Shown here: in pieces, positions 51,476-62,322 of the stretch | Position numbering within the stretch: the stretch's first letter is position 1 | Layout: each line of letters begins with the position of its first letter | From: Planktothrix sp. GU0601_MAG3 | Lineage (GTDB): Bacteria; Cyanobacteriota; Cyanobacteriia; Cyanobacteriales; Microcoleaceae | Length of the DNA: 64,000 nucleotides | Reading direction: 5' to 3' | Assembly: GCA_035193785.1 (NCBI GenBank) | Contig: CP136572.1 | Coordinates: 1,844,578 to 1,908,577 of the forward strand | The notes under the pieces: model-generated | Databases searched by the model: none | Told to the model about the DNA's origin: nothing | The model's input: the letters and a program-made list of their open reading frames with translations, nothing else | Made by a program: the position numbers and the translations under genes

Positions 51476-52721
51476 TTAAACTTTTCCCACCGCTTCAATT
51501 GCGGCTTCTAATGCTAAGGAAATATGTGTCCAATGGGTTCCTCCTTGACAGAACACAATATAAGGTTCTCTTAACGGCCCATCGGCGGAAAATTCCGAGG
51601 TACTGCCATCAATAAAAGTCCCCCCCGCCATCACCAAATCACTTTCATATCCCGGCATTGGTGCGGGAATTGGGTCAAGATAGGAACCAATCGGAGAATA
51701 TTGTTGAATTGCCCGACAAAAGGCAATTAATTTATCAGGAGAACCTAACTCAATAGCTTGAATCACATCCCGTCTTTTTTCAAACGGTAAGGGATTAACA
51801 GGGTATCCCAATTGATTAAAAACATAAGACGTTAAATGGTTTCCTTTAATCGCTTCTCCCACCATTTGCGGGGCTAAAAATAACCCTTGAAAGAGAATTC
51901 GATTTTGATCAAAAGTTGCCCCGCCACTGCTCCCAATTCCCGGCGCAGTTAACCGACAGGTAGCCGCTTCTACTAAATCTTCCCGCCCAGCAACATAACC
52001 CCCCGCTTGTACAATAGTTTCCCCCGGGATTTTTAATCAAAGAACCCGCCATTAAATCGACACCAACGGCCGTTGGTTCCCGATTTTCAATAAATTCGCC
52101 ATAACAATTATCCACAAAACAAATAGTATGGGGATTCTGTTTTTTCACAATATTAACAATTTTCTCAATCTCATCAATTGACAAACTCAAACGCCAGGAA
52201 TAACCGCAGGAACGCTGAATCAAAACCATCCGGGTTTTAGCCGTTATTGCCGACTGTAGACCCTGCCAATCAATTTTTCCTGAAACAGTGAGATCCAATT
52301 GGCGGTAAGATATTCCAAAGTCTAATAATGAACCTTGACCTTGACCGCGCACACCGATGACCTCCTCCAAGGTATCGTAGGGAGCGCCAGCTACCGCCAG
52401 CAGTTCGTCCCCAGGACGTAAACAGCCAAATAGGGCACAGGTAATGGCGTGGGTTCCAGAAACAAACTGCACTCGTACCGCAGCAGATTCGGCTCCCATA
52501 ATCTCAGCAAAGACTTGATCCAAGGTTTGACGTCCCAAATCATCGTGGCCATAGCCTGTAACGCCTGCAAAGTGGTGAGTTCCAACTCGGTAGCGACGGA
52601 AGGAATCTAAAACTCGTTTAAGATTATGCTTGACCTGCGTGTCAATACCAGAAAAAATCGGAAATAGTTCCTGTTCTGCTTCTTTTAGCTGTTCGATGCT
52701 AGACATCATCACTGAACTCAA
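51476..52721 (-). CDS. Methionine gamma-lyase family (YnbB / aluminium-resistance-like) PLP enzyme (frameshift at 52017)
   Basis: VSGTHAI, QRSCGY, VDNCYGEF and GSLIKNPGG. Confidence 0.88.
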
Positions 52722-52800
52722 TCAATTTGTGGGCGGTGCATAATTATGACGCAAATGGGACTCTTTCGTTAAAAAAAAAAGCTCGAATTTTCGTTTCTTC

Positions 52801-53634
52801 ATGACGATCGCAACTTCACCTCAATATAAGCCTGACTGGATCACCATTGCTTTTATGGTGTCGCTCCATGCTGCCGCGCTTCTGGCATTTTTGCCCAGTA
52901 ACTTTAGCTGGTCTGCCGTGGGCCTAGCTCTATTTTTGCATTGGGTGACTGGAGGCTTGGGAATTACCCTAGGATTTCACCGCCTGGTGAGCCATCGCAG
53001 TTTTGAAGCTCCCAAATGGTTAGAATATTTTTTAATTTTTTGTGGAACCCTAGCTTGCCAAGGAGGGCCAATTGATTGGATCGGGTTACACCGTCTCCAT
53101 CATCAATATTCCGATCACGAGCAAGATCCCCATGATTCCACAAAAGGTTTTTGGTGGAGTCATCTCGGCTGGATGTTGTTCCATACTCCGGCGGATGAAC
53201 AAATTCCCCGTTTCACAAAAGATATTTCCGATGACCCCGTATATCAGTTCTTCCAAACCTACTTCTTAGTGATTCAAGTGGTCTTTGGATTGTTACTATA
53301 TCTGATGGGCGGTTGGCCTTTTGTGGTCTGGGGCATTTTCTTTCGGGTGGTGGTCATGTTCCACTGCACTTGGTTTGTCAATAGTGCGACTCACAAATTT
53401 GGGTATCAAACCTACGAGTCGGGAGATTCCTCCCGCAACTGCTGGTGGGTCGCCGTTGTTACCTATGGTGAAGGTTGGCACAATAATCACCATGCTTTTC
53501 AATATTCCGCCCGTCACGGTTTGGAATGGTGGGAAATTGACTTAACTTGGATGACCATTGCGCTATTACAGGCGTTAGGGCTCGCCCAAAAAGTAAAATT
53601 ACCCCCCGCCAATGCTGAAGCCCAACGTATCTAA
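52801..53634 (+). CDS. desC: Delta-9 acyl-lipid desaturase
   Basis: His boxes HRLVSH, HRLHH and HNNHH. Confidence 0.9.
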   Translation: MTIATSPQYKPDWITIAFMVSLHAAALLAFLPSNFSWSAVGLALFLHWVTGGLGITLGFHRLVSHRSFEAPKWLEYFLIFCGTLACQGGPIDWIGLHRLHHQYSDHEQDPHDSTKGFWWSHLGWMLFHTPADEQIPRFTKDISDDPVYQFFQTYFLVIQVVFGLLLYLMGGWPFVVWGIFFRVVVMFHCTWFVNSATHKFGYQTYESGDSSRNCWWVAVVTYGEGWHNNHHAFQYSARHGLEWWEIDLTWMTIALLQALGLAQKVKLPPANAEAQRI

Positions 53635-54894
53635 AATTGCCGATTACCCTGAACAACGTGTTTCAGGGTCATCAGGGCTTCTAAACCAATTAATCCCCGA
53701 CGATATCCTTTCTGGTTAGAAATTCCCAGAAAAATTGCGTCTCCTCGGTTTCAAGTGACGGGAAAATCGAGGGGACGCATTAATAAAGGTCAAGGCACTA
53801 TTGACATCTTGGGCAAATTTTCGACTCTCGGAATAGGATTCGGTAGCTAAACAGTTCGCGTGACCGCTACTATGGGTATTCATCCAAATAATCGCTTGTT
53901 CTAAATTATCTACCCTTTTAAAAGCAACGGTGTGAGTTAAATAGGGTCTTGACCATTCCGTGGTTTCTGCTAAAATCAATTCCGAAAATTCTTGAGCGAG
54001 CCCTTCATCTCCTCGCAGTTCAAATCCAGCTTCCCTTAAGTTATTCCACAATCGCACCAGGGATGAGCTTTTTTGATTAGGATCAATCAGAACTTTTTCA
54101 ATAGCATTCACCGCATCCGGTTTACCATCCTGACTATCTAGGATCATCCATCGCGCCGTATCCACACTCGCCGTAGATGACCAATATAAATAACAATTTC
54201 CGATGGCTGAACGCAAGACGGGGACTGTGGATTGATTCACCACTTGTTGCACAAAATGGGGGCGTCCGTAGGGAATCACTAAATTAATATATTTGTCCTG
54301 GGTCACTAACGATTGCATCGGGGTATGGGGTGCTGGCGGTAGAATTTCTAAACAACCTGGAGGGAGTCCCGATTCTTCTAAGGCAATTTGCAAGGTTTGA
54401 ACAATAATCTGATTGGAATGGCTGGCTTCTGTTCCACCTAGTAGCACTAGACTATTGGCGGTTTTTAAACAGAGTCCGGTGGCAATGGCCGCTAATTCCG
54501 GGAAGGCTTCATAAATTAAGGCCACGACCCCCAGGGGAATCGGTTGGAAATAGGTTTGTCCCTGTTCGAGTTGATAGGAAGCACTCATCACCCGACCAAT
54601 GGGATCGGGCAGTTGTCCCAGACGTTCTAAAATTTGAACGGTGGTTTCTAAGCGTTCTGGGGTGAGTTTCAGCCAGTCGGTAACTAATTCTGATAGTCCG
54701 AGGTTGCGACTGGCTTCTAAGTCGAGGGTATTGGCTTCTAGGATGTCATTCTGTCGCGATCGCAATGCCTTTGCCATCAGGTGCAAGGCACGACTCCGAT
54801 CTGCTCCTCTGGTTTTGGCTAATTCAAAACTGGCCAGGTAAGCACGACGCAAAGGATTGTCTGGAGGTAGGAGAGAGGAATCATCAATTATCAT
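53631..54894 (-). CDS. Gamma-glutamyl phosphate reductase (ProA)-like protein (frameshift at 53748)
   Basis: DPIG, PLGVVALIYE, GNC, HSSGH and NASPRF; corrected C-terminus GLEAL...KHVV. Confidence 0.8.
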
Positions 54895-54898
54895 GCCG

Positions 54899-55304
54899 CT
54901 AACGCCTGTAAGCGAGCCAAACCATTAGTGCGGGTAATATGGCTAAAACCACAGCAACTATTGCCCATAACACAAGATTTGGCCCAGGTGAATACAAGGC
55001 TAATGGTAACCAGATCACTAATGGAAACTAGGAGCATCCCTAAAGCCATGGGTAAATAGTGGGCTTTTAACCCTGGACTGGCTCTGTTCCATTGATGACC
55101 TGTCCAATGCCAAGCCTGTTTATAAGGATAATGGGTGGCGAGTTGTTCTAAGCAATAACCACTCTCATCGACAACGAAAATTTGCTGACAGCGATCGCAG
55201 CCAAAGGCTTCCGTCAGCGCAATGGGAACTAGCTGCCCCTTTCGCCGACAGGGGCAAGGATAATCCCCATTCAAATCAATCTTTTGAGCTTTTTGGGATG
55301 GCAC
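54899..55304 (-). CDS. Cyanobacterial Cys-motif membrane protein, DUF2396-like (frameshift at 55024)
   Basis: YPCPC...LTEAFGCDRCQQIF and two C-terminal TM helices after correction. Confidence 0.65.
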
Positions 55305-55570
55305 AAGCGATCCGTTAATTTAATGTTTTTGTAATAATTGAGAAAAAAAAAGTAAATTAAATCAATTATAGTCAAGTTGAACTTTGAATTTAAAAGGTTA
55401 GCTTTTCTTAACTCCTATCCTCCAGGGGATATTTATTCTCTGGTTTTCGTTCCCAACAATCTTTTAGCTTGAATCTGGAATTGGTTTTGGCTTTTATTAA
55501 AACAAACTGTTTGTTCACAGGAGAAAAAACTCCCAGGACACCAAAGACCAAATAAAAAAATGACAAAAAA

Positions 55571-55598
55571 TTATCGGGAGAATTAATTCTCCCGATAA
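55571..55598 (-). terminator. Intrinsic terminator after tRNA-Gly
   Basis: Perfect 28-bp palindrome TTATCGGGAGAATTAATTCTCCCGATAA, followed by a U-run on the minus strand. Confidence 0.65.
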
Positions 55599-55621
55599 AA
55601 TGCTACCATATATTTTTTCTA

Positions 55622-55693
55622 AGCGGGTGATGGGATTCGAACCCACGACATCAACCTTGGCAAGGTTGCGCTCTACCACTGAGCTACACCCGC
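55622..55693 (-). tRNA. tRNA-Gly(GCC)
   Basis: GCGGGTGTAGCTCAGTGGTAGAGCGCAACCTTGCCAAGGTTGATGTCGTGGGTTCGAATCCCATCACCCGCT folds as a cloverleaf with anticodon GCC. Confidence 0.96.
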
Positions 55694-55758
55694 AACTCGT
55701 TCACCTTTTCTATGATTCCAAAAATCTTGAGATTTGTCAACCCCTTTCCCAAAAATTT

Positions 55759-56352
55759 TTAGAACCTCAGAACTTTTACAAGGTTTCCGACTGCTGTTTC
55801 ACCCGTTTCCGTTGTTAAAGCCGGACTAGCGCTCGCAGATAAGACCGCCTTAGAATCCACCGTTGTTGCTGCACTTTGCTTGATTTGACGCATTAAATTC
55901 GCCATCTCAATCGCATCCATCGCATAGTTCCAACCGTGATTAGCCTTAATTCCGGCGCGTTCTAGGGCTTGCTGCATGGTGTCGGTGGTCAGCACCCCAA
56001 AAATCACAGGAACACCCGTTTGAAACGCCGTAGCTGCGATACCCTTGGAAACTTCCGATGAGACATAATCAAAATGGGGGGTTTGTCCCTTAATCACGGC
56101 CCCCAAACAAATAATCGCATCATAGCGACGGGTTAGAGCTAACTGATGAGCCACTAATGGAATCTCAAAACTCCCTGGAACCCAAACATAATCGACTTGT
56201 GTTCCCTGGGGATCGGGATCAATCCCATGTCGTTTTAAACAATCTTGACATCCCTCTAAAAGTTTGGTTGTGATCAGGTCATTAAACCGACCAATCACCA
56301 TGGCAAACCTTAAGGAGTTTGTCTGGGTAAAATTTCCCTCAAAAACCGCCAT
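55759..56352 (-). CDS. ribH: 6,7-dimethyl-8-ribityllumazine synthase
   Basis: [23 protein letters not shown] and QALERAG. The exact 3' end is uncertain. Confidence 0.95.
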   Translation of the reverse strand: MAVFEGNFTQTNSLRFAMVIGRFNDLITTKLLEGCQDCLKRHGIDPDPQGTQVDYVWVPGSFEIPLVAHQLALTRRYDAIICLGAVIKGQTPHFDYVSSEVSKGIAATAFQTGVPVIFGVLTTDTMQQALERAGIKANHGWNYAMDAIEMANLMRQIKQSAATTVDSKAVLSASASPALTTETGETAVGNLVKVLRF

Positions 56353-56493
56353 TTTTGTTATCCGATCCTTTACTGTTAACAAAAGTTAACAAATATATAA
56401 TTTTAAGACATAAATCGACGGGGAATTTTAGGTTAAACCGCTTAGGGCAATTGTCCCAAACCGTCCAACCCTCAATTCCCCAGGTCAGGTGTA

Positions 56494-56685
56494 TTAAACC
56501 ACTAGGTAGTTTAATACGCCGACTAAAATCACTAACACGAACCAAAGGCCGGAACCCACATAAAGCAAAGGCTTAGATTGGCTCCAGTATTGGGGGGAGG
56601 CATAGGCAAAGGGAACGCCTACTACCAGTAGAAAAGATAAAATCACCAGTGCCGCAAGGACAACTTGAAACAGAATTGTTAACAT
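56494..56685 (-). CDS. psbZ: Photosystem II protein PsbZ
   Basis: LFQ...[17 protein letters not shown]; two TM helices; upstream of ribH. Confidence 0.92.
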   Translation of the reverse strand: MLTILFQVVLAALVILSFLLVVGVPFAYASPQYWSQSKPLLYVGSGLWFVLVILVGVLNYLVV

Positions 56686-56809
56686 TGTTTTTTCCCAACT
56701 TGACTTGGCAGTAAGTAAAAATACTGCTGACAGGCTCACCGAATCCTGTTTAGCGGTTTAATTATTAAAACTACCAGAAATTGCCACCAGTGAGAAGGAG
56801 TTAAGCAGA

Positions 56810-56960
56810 CGGGGCAGGGGGATGTGGGGAGAGCAGGGGAGGTAGGGGGAGCAGGGGGAGCAGGGGAGGTAGGGGGAGCAGGGGGAGCAGGGGGAGCACG
56901 GGGAGCACGGGGAGCAGGGGGAGCAGGGGGAGGCAGGGGAGCCGGGGGGGAGCCGGGGGT
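56810..56960. repeat. G-rich 9-mer tandem repeat (GGGGGAGCA and variants)
   Basis: Tandem ggggagcag / gggaggtag / gggagcacg units. Confidence 0.85.
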
Positions 56961-57334
56961 TGGGATTTTGTTGATTTTTCGTTACAAAAATCTAAAATTA
57001 CCCTGTGGTGATCTTAGACGCCAGTGGGAAGTGATGAAAATTAATTAAGGGTTTGATGGGAATCACTGTGAAATCCTTCAGTTATTTCTATACTAACTAA
57101 GAGGTTAATAAAAAACAAATATTCCTAACCCGATTTTACTCCCTCTGTTTGTAAATGGCCATCATTAAATCATTTTCCAGGCTTTGCCTGAAATCATGGA
57201 TGGTAGGGCAGTATAAGTAATATCACCGGAACGCCAAGGTTTAACCCCGCGTCATCCCTGCTTAGGGGTATACCGTTGGTTAGCTAACCCCCGTAGTGCA
57301 GCCTCTGATTACTGGAGCAACTGAGATATAAACT

Positions 57335-58585
57335 ATGCCAGCCACTAAAATCGATGCCGACAACTTAAACCCATCTTTTCAGGACGATTCTGAGCCTGAT
57401 GAGCTAATGAGTCAGGATCTTGAGCCTGATTTGGATGATTTAATTGATTTGGAGATAGGCGATGCCAGCGATGTCAAACTCCAGACGCCCAACAATAATC
57501 GTCGTACAACGGATTTAGTTCGATTGTATCTCCAAGAAATTGGTAGGGTGCGTCTGTTGGGGCGGGATGAAGAAGTATCAGAAGCCCAAAAAGTGCAGCG
57601 TTATCTAAGGTTAGTTGACTTACGCGACAATGCTGCCGAGCAGGATGAGGGACTGATCAATACCTATGTGCGACTGATCAAAACCCGAGATAAATTATCG
57701 GCTCAGTTGGGTCATCGTCCGTCTTTAGAGCGCTGGGCTACAAATGCTGGGATTGATGTAACGGAACTCAAGCCGATTTTAGCTTCTGGTAAAAGGTGTT
57801 GGGCGGAAATCGCGGGTTTGACCGTTGAGGAATTGGATCGGATTCAAACTGAAGGAATACAATCCAAAGACCGGATGATTAAAGCCAATTTACGTTTGGT
57901 GGTATCGGTAGCTAAAAAATATCAAAACCGAGGTTTAGAACTGCTGGATTTAATTCAAGAAGGAACTTTAGGATTAGAACGGGCCGTGGAGAAGTTTGAC
58001 CCGACCCGGGGATATCGTTTTAGCACCTATTCTTATTGGTGGATTCGTCAAGGGATTACCCGGGCGATCGCTACCCAAAGTCGCACGATTCGTCTACCCG
58101 TTCATATTACCGAAAAACTCAATAAAATTAAAAAAGCACAACGGAAAATTTCTCAGGAAAAAGGTCGTACCGCCACGATTGAGGATATTGCCCATGAGTT
58201 AGAAATGACTCCGATTCAAGTCCGAGAGGTGTTGCTGCGGGTTCCCCGTTCTGTGTCGTTAGAAACGAAGGTGGGAACGGATAAGGATACGGAATTAGGG
58301 GATTTACTCGAAACCGAGGAGGTCACACCGGAAGAAATGCTCATGCGTGAGTCTTTGCATAAGGATTTACAAAACCTGTTAGCGGATTTGAGCAGTCGGG
58401 AACGGGATGTGATTTTGATGCGCTATGGTTTGGGGGATGGACACCCCTATTCCCTGGCGGAAATTGGTCGGGCACTGGAATTATCCCGGGAGCGAGTCCG
58501 TCAAATTGAAGCTAAAGCTTTACAAAAACTGCGTCAACCTAAACGTCGCAACCGGGTTCGGGATTATTTGGAGTCTTTGACTTAA
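57335..58585 (+). CDS. sigC: Group 2 RNA polymerase sigma factor, SigC-like
   Basis: DLVRLYLQEIG, NLRLVVSVAKKY, YWWIRQGITRAIA and SLETKVG.DKDTELGDLL. Confidence 0.8.
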   Translation: MPATKIDADNLNPSFQDDSEPDELMSQDLEPDLDDLIDLEIGDASDVKLQTPNNNRRTTDLVRLYLQEIGRVRLLGRDEEVSEAQKVQRYLRLVDLRDNAAEQDEGLINTYVRLIKTRDKLSAQLGHRPSLERWATNAGIDVTELKPILASGKRCWAEIAGLTVEELDRIQTEGIQSKDRMIKANLRLVVSVAKKYQNRGLELLDLIQEGTLGLERAVEKFDPTRGYRFSTYSYWWIRQGITRAIATQSRTIRLPVHITEKLNKIKKAQRKISQEKGRTATIEDIAHELEMTPIQVREVLLRVPRSVSLETKVGTDKDTELGDLLETEEVTPEEMLMRESLHKDLQNLLADLSSRERDVILMRYGLGDGHPYSLAEIGRALELSRERVRQIEAKALQKLRQPKRRNRVRDYLESLT

Positions 58586-58616
58586 TCCCTAATCGTTTAT
58601 AGAATGGGCTTTCACG

Positions 58617-58646
58617 CCCCCCGATAACTATAGTTAGCGGGGGGTT
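58617..58646 (+). terminator. Intrinsic terminator after sigC
   Basis: CCCCCCGATAACTATAGTTAGCGGGGGG followed by TTTT. Confidence 0.6.
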
Positions 58647-58735
58647 TTAGTTGCAATAACTGTTTTTTTTGATAATCAGGAAATTTTTTGTGTATTATTG
58701 TCAGTATGCAAGCTTTATTGAAAACAATTGAGCGT

Positions 58736-59266
58736 ATGGGTTTATATACAACAGTCTCTTTTAAATCCGAACTTAATGATAAGGGTTGGCGGTTAACTCC
58801 CCAACGGGAAACGATTTTACAGGTCTTTCAGAATTTACCGAAAGGAAATCATCTGAGTGCGGAGGATTTGTATACTTTACTCAAAAGCCGAGGGGAAGCA
58901 ATTAGTTTATCGACTATTTATCGCACATTAAAGTTAATGGCGCGGATGGGAATTTTGCGGGAATTGGAATTGGCGGAGGGTCATAAACACTATGAAATTA
59001 ATCAACCCTATCCCCATCACCATCATCATTTAGTTTGTGTTCAGTGTAATAAAACCCTTGAGTTTAAAAATGATTCTATTTCTAAAACCAGCATGAAGCA
59101 GGCGGAAAAATCGGGCTTCCATTTATTAGATTGTCAATTAACTATTCATACGATTTGCCATGAGGCTTTACGCATGGGTTGGCCGTCTTTGATTTCTACA
59201 AATTGGTCTTGTTCAAAGGCGATCGCTGATGGATCTTCAGAAATGGATGAACCCGAGTGCCAGTAA
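58736..59266 (+). CDS. fur: Ferric uptake regulator, FurA-like
   Basis: GWRLTPQRE, HLSAE, SLSTIYRTL and HHHHHLVCVQC. Confidence 0.88.
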   Translation: MGLYTTVSFKSELNDKGWRLTPQRETILQVFQNLPKGNHLSAEDLYTLLKSRGEAISLSTIYRTLKLMARMGILRELELAEGHKHYEINQPYPHHHHHLVCVQCNKTLEFKNDSISKTSMKQAEKSGFHLLDCQLTIHTICHEALRMGWPSLISTNWSCSKAIADGSSEMDEPECQ

Positions 59267-59298
59267 TCAGTAATCAGTTAACTGATTACTGATTACTG
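59261..59298. terminator. Perfect 38-bp palindrome made of heptamer repeats, between convergent genes
   Basis: CAGTAATCAGTAATCAGTTAACTGATTACTGATTACTG. Confidence 0.6.
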
Positions 59299-59299
59299 A

Positions 59300-60902
59300 T
59301 TAAAGGCTACCAAATAAAACGGTATCTGCATTAGGGCCATAGAAGGCTCTAGCCTGTGCAACGGCTTGTTGGGTTAAACCATCGTAAACTCCATTAATGG
59401 GGCCGTTATACAGTCCTTGGATTCTTAGTCGCTGCTGCAACTGTTGGACATTGGTTGTCCCATAAACAGGGGGGGTGGTAGTGACTACGGTGGTTATTCG
59501 ATTTGAAGGTCGCGCCACCGATTGTGGGTTAAATAAGGCGTTTTGAGTGGTGGGGCCGGCTATCCCGGTCACCGTGACTCCCCGGGATTCTTGAAACCAA
59601 ATTAAGGCATCTTGAGTGGCGGCATCAAAAAAACCATTAATTGGGCCATTATAATAGTTCAATTCGCGTAAACGCCGTTGAATTGTTCTAACTTCTGGGC
59701 CTGTGTCTCCTAAAGAAATTGTGGAGAGGGAATTTCTGATCGGAATTGTCGGATTTTGGACAATGGGGATGGGTCTAGGTTGCTGGGGCTGTACAGTTGT
59801 GGTGGCATTGGCGAGATAAAAAGCCGTGGTTGGCCCAACTTCTCCTGTGACTGTAATTCTATTAGCCCGTTGGAAGTTGCTCACAGCCCCTTGAGTGGAT
59901 TGACCAAATACCCCATCTACGATTCCGGTATAATATCCCAAGGTTTGTAGTTGTGCTTGTAATACCTTAACCGCCGCTCCGCGACTCCCCAATCTTAGAA
60001 TAGTATCAGGCAAGGGGTTAGAAGGAAGAGAAGGAACAGAGGGAATAGAGGGAACACTTAAAGCTACTAAAGTGGTGGATGTCGCAACTCCAGTGGCTGG
60101 GATTCCCTGGGAAACGTTGGAATTGTTGAACGGCGACGGCGGTTAAGGAGTCAAAATAACCCGTAATCACACCCCCATAAAAACCCAGGGTTTGTAATCT
60201 TTCTTGCAATGCCATCACTTCTTGCCCATACTGACCTTCTCGTAAAGTTGTACCTGGGAAAACAACATCCTGACCAGAATTAAGACCACTATTCAGTATG
60301 GCGAGGGTGGCTTCCGTGACTAAACCCGTTGGCGGAATATTATAGTCCCGTTGCATTTGAATCACAGCATTTTCTGTGATGCTTCCAAAGTTGCTCGTAG
60401 GTTGTTGGTTGAAATAACCCAAGGCTTGTAACCGCCTCTGTAAATCCGAAACCCCAGGGCCACTATCTCCCCGTCCCAAGCCAATTAAATCTCGACTACT
60501 ACCCGGGTTTGATGGGTTAACAACGGCTCCTAATCCCAAAGCTGCTAGGGTTTGAGGGCCAACAATCCCATCGGCCGATAAACCCGCATCCCGTTGAAAC
60601 CGAATCACCGCATCTTTCGTCAGACTGCCGAAATTCCCCGTAGCATTGGCATTAAAATAGCCCAATTCCTGTAAGCGCTGTTGAACTTGCCGGACTTGGT
60701 TTCCAGAATCTCCAGACATGACCAAGGCTTGGGCGGTTTGGGCGACCGTTAAGACTGAAACTGCTACCGCTAAGGCTAGAAAGTAGCGGTAAGTTTGACT
60801 CGAAAGTTTTTTCCAGTTAACCTCATTTAATCCTGAGAATTGATCAAAATCAGGATCTTCATAGTTTAGGGCTAGGGCCAGAAACCCATAGGATTCAATC
60901 AT
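59300..60902 (-). CDS. Protein with multiple PG_binding_1 domains (frameshift at 60111)
   Basis: Repeated G..V..LQ.RL..LGY....G.FG..T..AV..FQ units; the two ORFs join after deleting one base. Confidence 0.85.
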
Positions 60903-61003
60903 GTTTTTTTGGGGGAAACATTATTAATAGACTTCGACCTTTCCAGAAATTAGGTCTTGAAAGGTTAGTTTCCCCTATTCTAGTTCAGATGTAAAAGTGA
61001 GAT

Positions 61004-61180
61004 TTAAACCCAACCTGCGCGATCGCAAATTAAGGCGACAATCACCGCAAAGGCCGTAATTCCTAATGCCACCCAGGGACTTTGACCTTGACCAACGGCA
61101 AAAGAAGTCGCTACACCAGCGCCCAATGCTGCGGTTACGGCGGACTCAAGGAGATCGCGTTGTGAGTTTTTAGGGTTCAT
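61004..61180 (-). CDS. Small 58-aa membrane protein, not in the ORF track
   Basis: MNPKNSQRDLLESAVTAALGAGVATSFAVGQGQSPWVALGITAFAVIVALICDRAGWV*. Confidence 0.55.
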   Translation of the reverse strand: MNPKNSQRDLLESAVTAALGAGVATSFAVGQGQSPWVALGITAFAVIVALICDRAGWV

Positions 61181-61434
61181 AAGCTAGGGGAGGTTGGATT
61201 AACACCATAGTTTTGAATGGGTTCAACCTATCACCTAGAGCCATAAAGTCCGTGGGTTTGAGTCGCAATTGCAATCAAGCGTTAGGTTTAGATACGTTTC
61301 TTAATCAATCTGAAGAATTTTTACCCGCAAAGCTTGTATTTTTGTGAAGATATGTTACCATGCCTAGAATTACATCAGCAATTTGTGTAGCCGTTTACAA
61401 ACAAAATCGCCTGACTATGAACCATACAGCCAAA

Positions 61435-62241
61435 ATGACCAAAAAACTCCTGATTCTCTTAGCAACCGTTAGCAGTGTAGCCGCCCTCGGCGCTTGCAGT
61501 CAGCCCAGTGCCAATAATACCCCCCCGGCACAACCCTCCACCGAACAAGCCACCGGGACAACTGGGTCTACCACAACCCCTGAAACCACCGCAGGCACCG
61601 TTTCTCCCTCTCCCGCCACAACAACAACAACCACCACCACCACCACCACTCCGGCTGTTGCCTCTGAAAATACGGCTACCACGGCCAATTTAGTTTCCAA
61701 TGAGTCGGAAAGTATTGTCCAAATTGCTGCCGCTAACCCCTCTTTCAGTACCTTTACTAAGGCTGTTGAAGCTGCTGGTTTAACTGAAACTCTTTCTGCT
61801 CCAGGTGCTTACACCGTTTTTGCCCCCACCGATGAAGCATTTGCCGCTTTACCTGCGGGAACTTTAGAGGAGTTAATGAAGCCTGAAAATAAAGAAAAAT
61901 TGGCTAAAATTCTCAAATATCATGTTCTAGAAAATAAAGTCGCCTCGGCTGAAATTCAACCAGGTGAAGTCGTTACAGTTGAAGGAGAACCCGTAAATTT
62001 AGAAGTAGCTGAAGGCAAAGTTAAAGTTAATGGAGCCGAAGTAATTCAAGCTGATATTAATGCCAATAATGGCGTTATTCATGTTATTAAGGTCGTCATT
62101 CTTCCTGCTAATGTCGCATCTCCTACGACCACATCCCCGGAAGCGACATCTCCTACAACCACGTCTCCTGAAGCGACATCTCCTACAACCACATCTCCTG
62201 AAGCAACATCTACCACTACTACTACCACCACCCCTCAATAG
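61435..62241 (+). CDS. Fasciclin-domain lipoprotein with Thr/Pro-rich linkers
   Basis: Lipobox LGAC, YTVFAPTDEAF, ILKYHV and NGVIHVI. The start codon is uncertain (61360, 61417 or 61435). Confidence 0.88.
   Translation: MTKKLLILLATVSSVAALGACSQPSANNTPPAQPSTEQATGTTGSTTTPETTAGTVSPSPATTTTTTTTTTTPAVASENTATTANLVSNESESIVQIAAANPSFSTFTKAVEAAGLTETLSAPGAYTVFAPTDEAFAALPAGTLEELMKPENKEKLAKILKYHVLENKVASAEIQPGEVVTVEGEPVNLEVAEGKVKVNGAEVIQADINANNGVIHVIKVVILPANVASPTTTSPEATSPTTTSPEATSPTTTSPEATSTTTTTTTPQ
62117..62210 (+). repeat. 30-bp coding tandem repeat, about 3 copies (SPTTTSPEAT)
   Basis: catctcctac.accac.tc.cc.gaagc. occurs three times. Confidence 0.85.
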
Positions 62242-62322
62242 GATTTCAGGAGTTATCTAATTCAAGATTAATCTATTTTTAGATTATCTGAAAGCCCGGT
62301 TTCATAAAAGTTACCGGGTTTT

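Noticed and set aside
55776..55810. A further GAAAC frameshift in the ribH tail
   Set aside because: Several GTTTC sites are present, but the tail is unconserved and the frame cannot be judged, so it was not counted.
55600..55818. 72-aa ORF, or an integrated element at tRNA-Gly
   Set aside because: The ORF is antisense to the tRNA. I saw no integrase or duplicated tRNA 3' end.
56824..57048. 74-aa Gly/Ala-rich ORF
   Set aside because: It is simply the translation of the G-rich 9-mer repeat.
20..62260. Many 60-120 aa ORFs antisense to or out of frame within larger genes (e.g. 20-310, 36660-37007, 47377-47739)
   Set aside because: These are shadow ORFs of well-supported genes, with no recognisable motifs.
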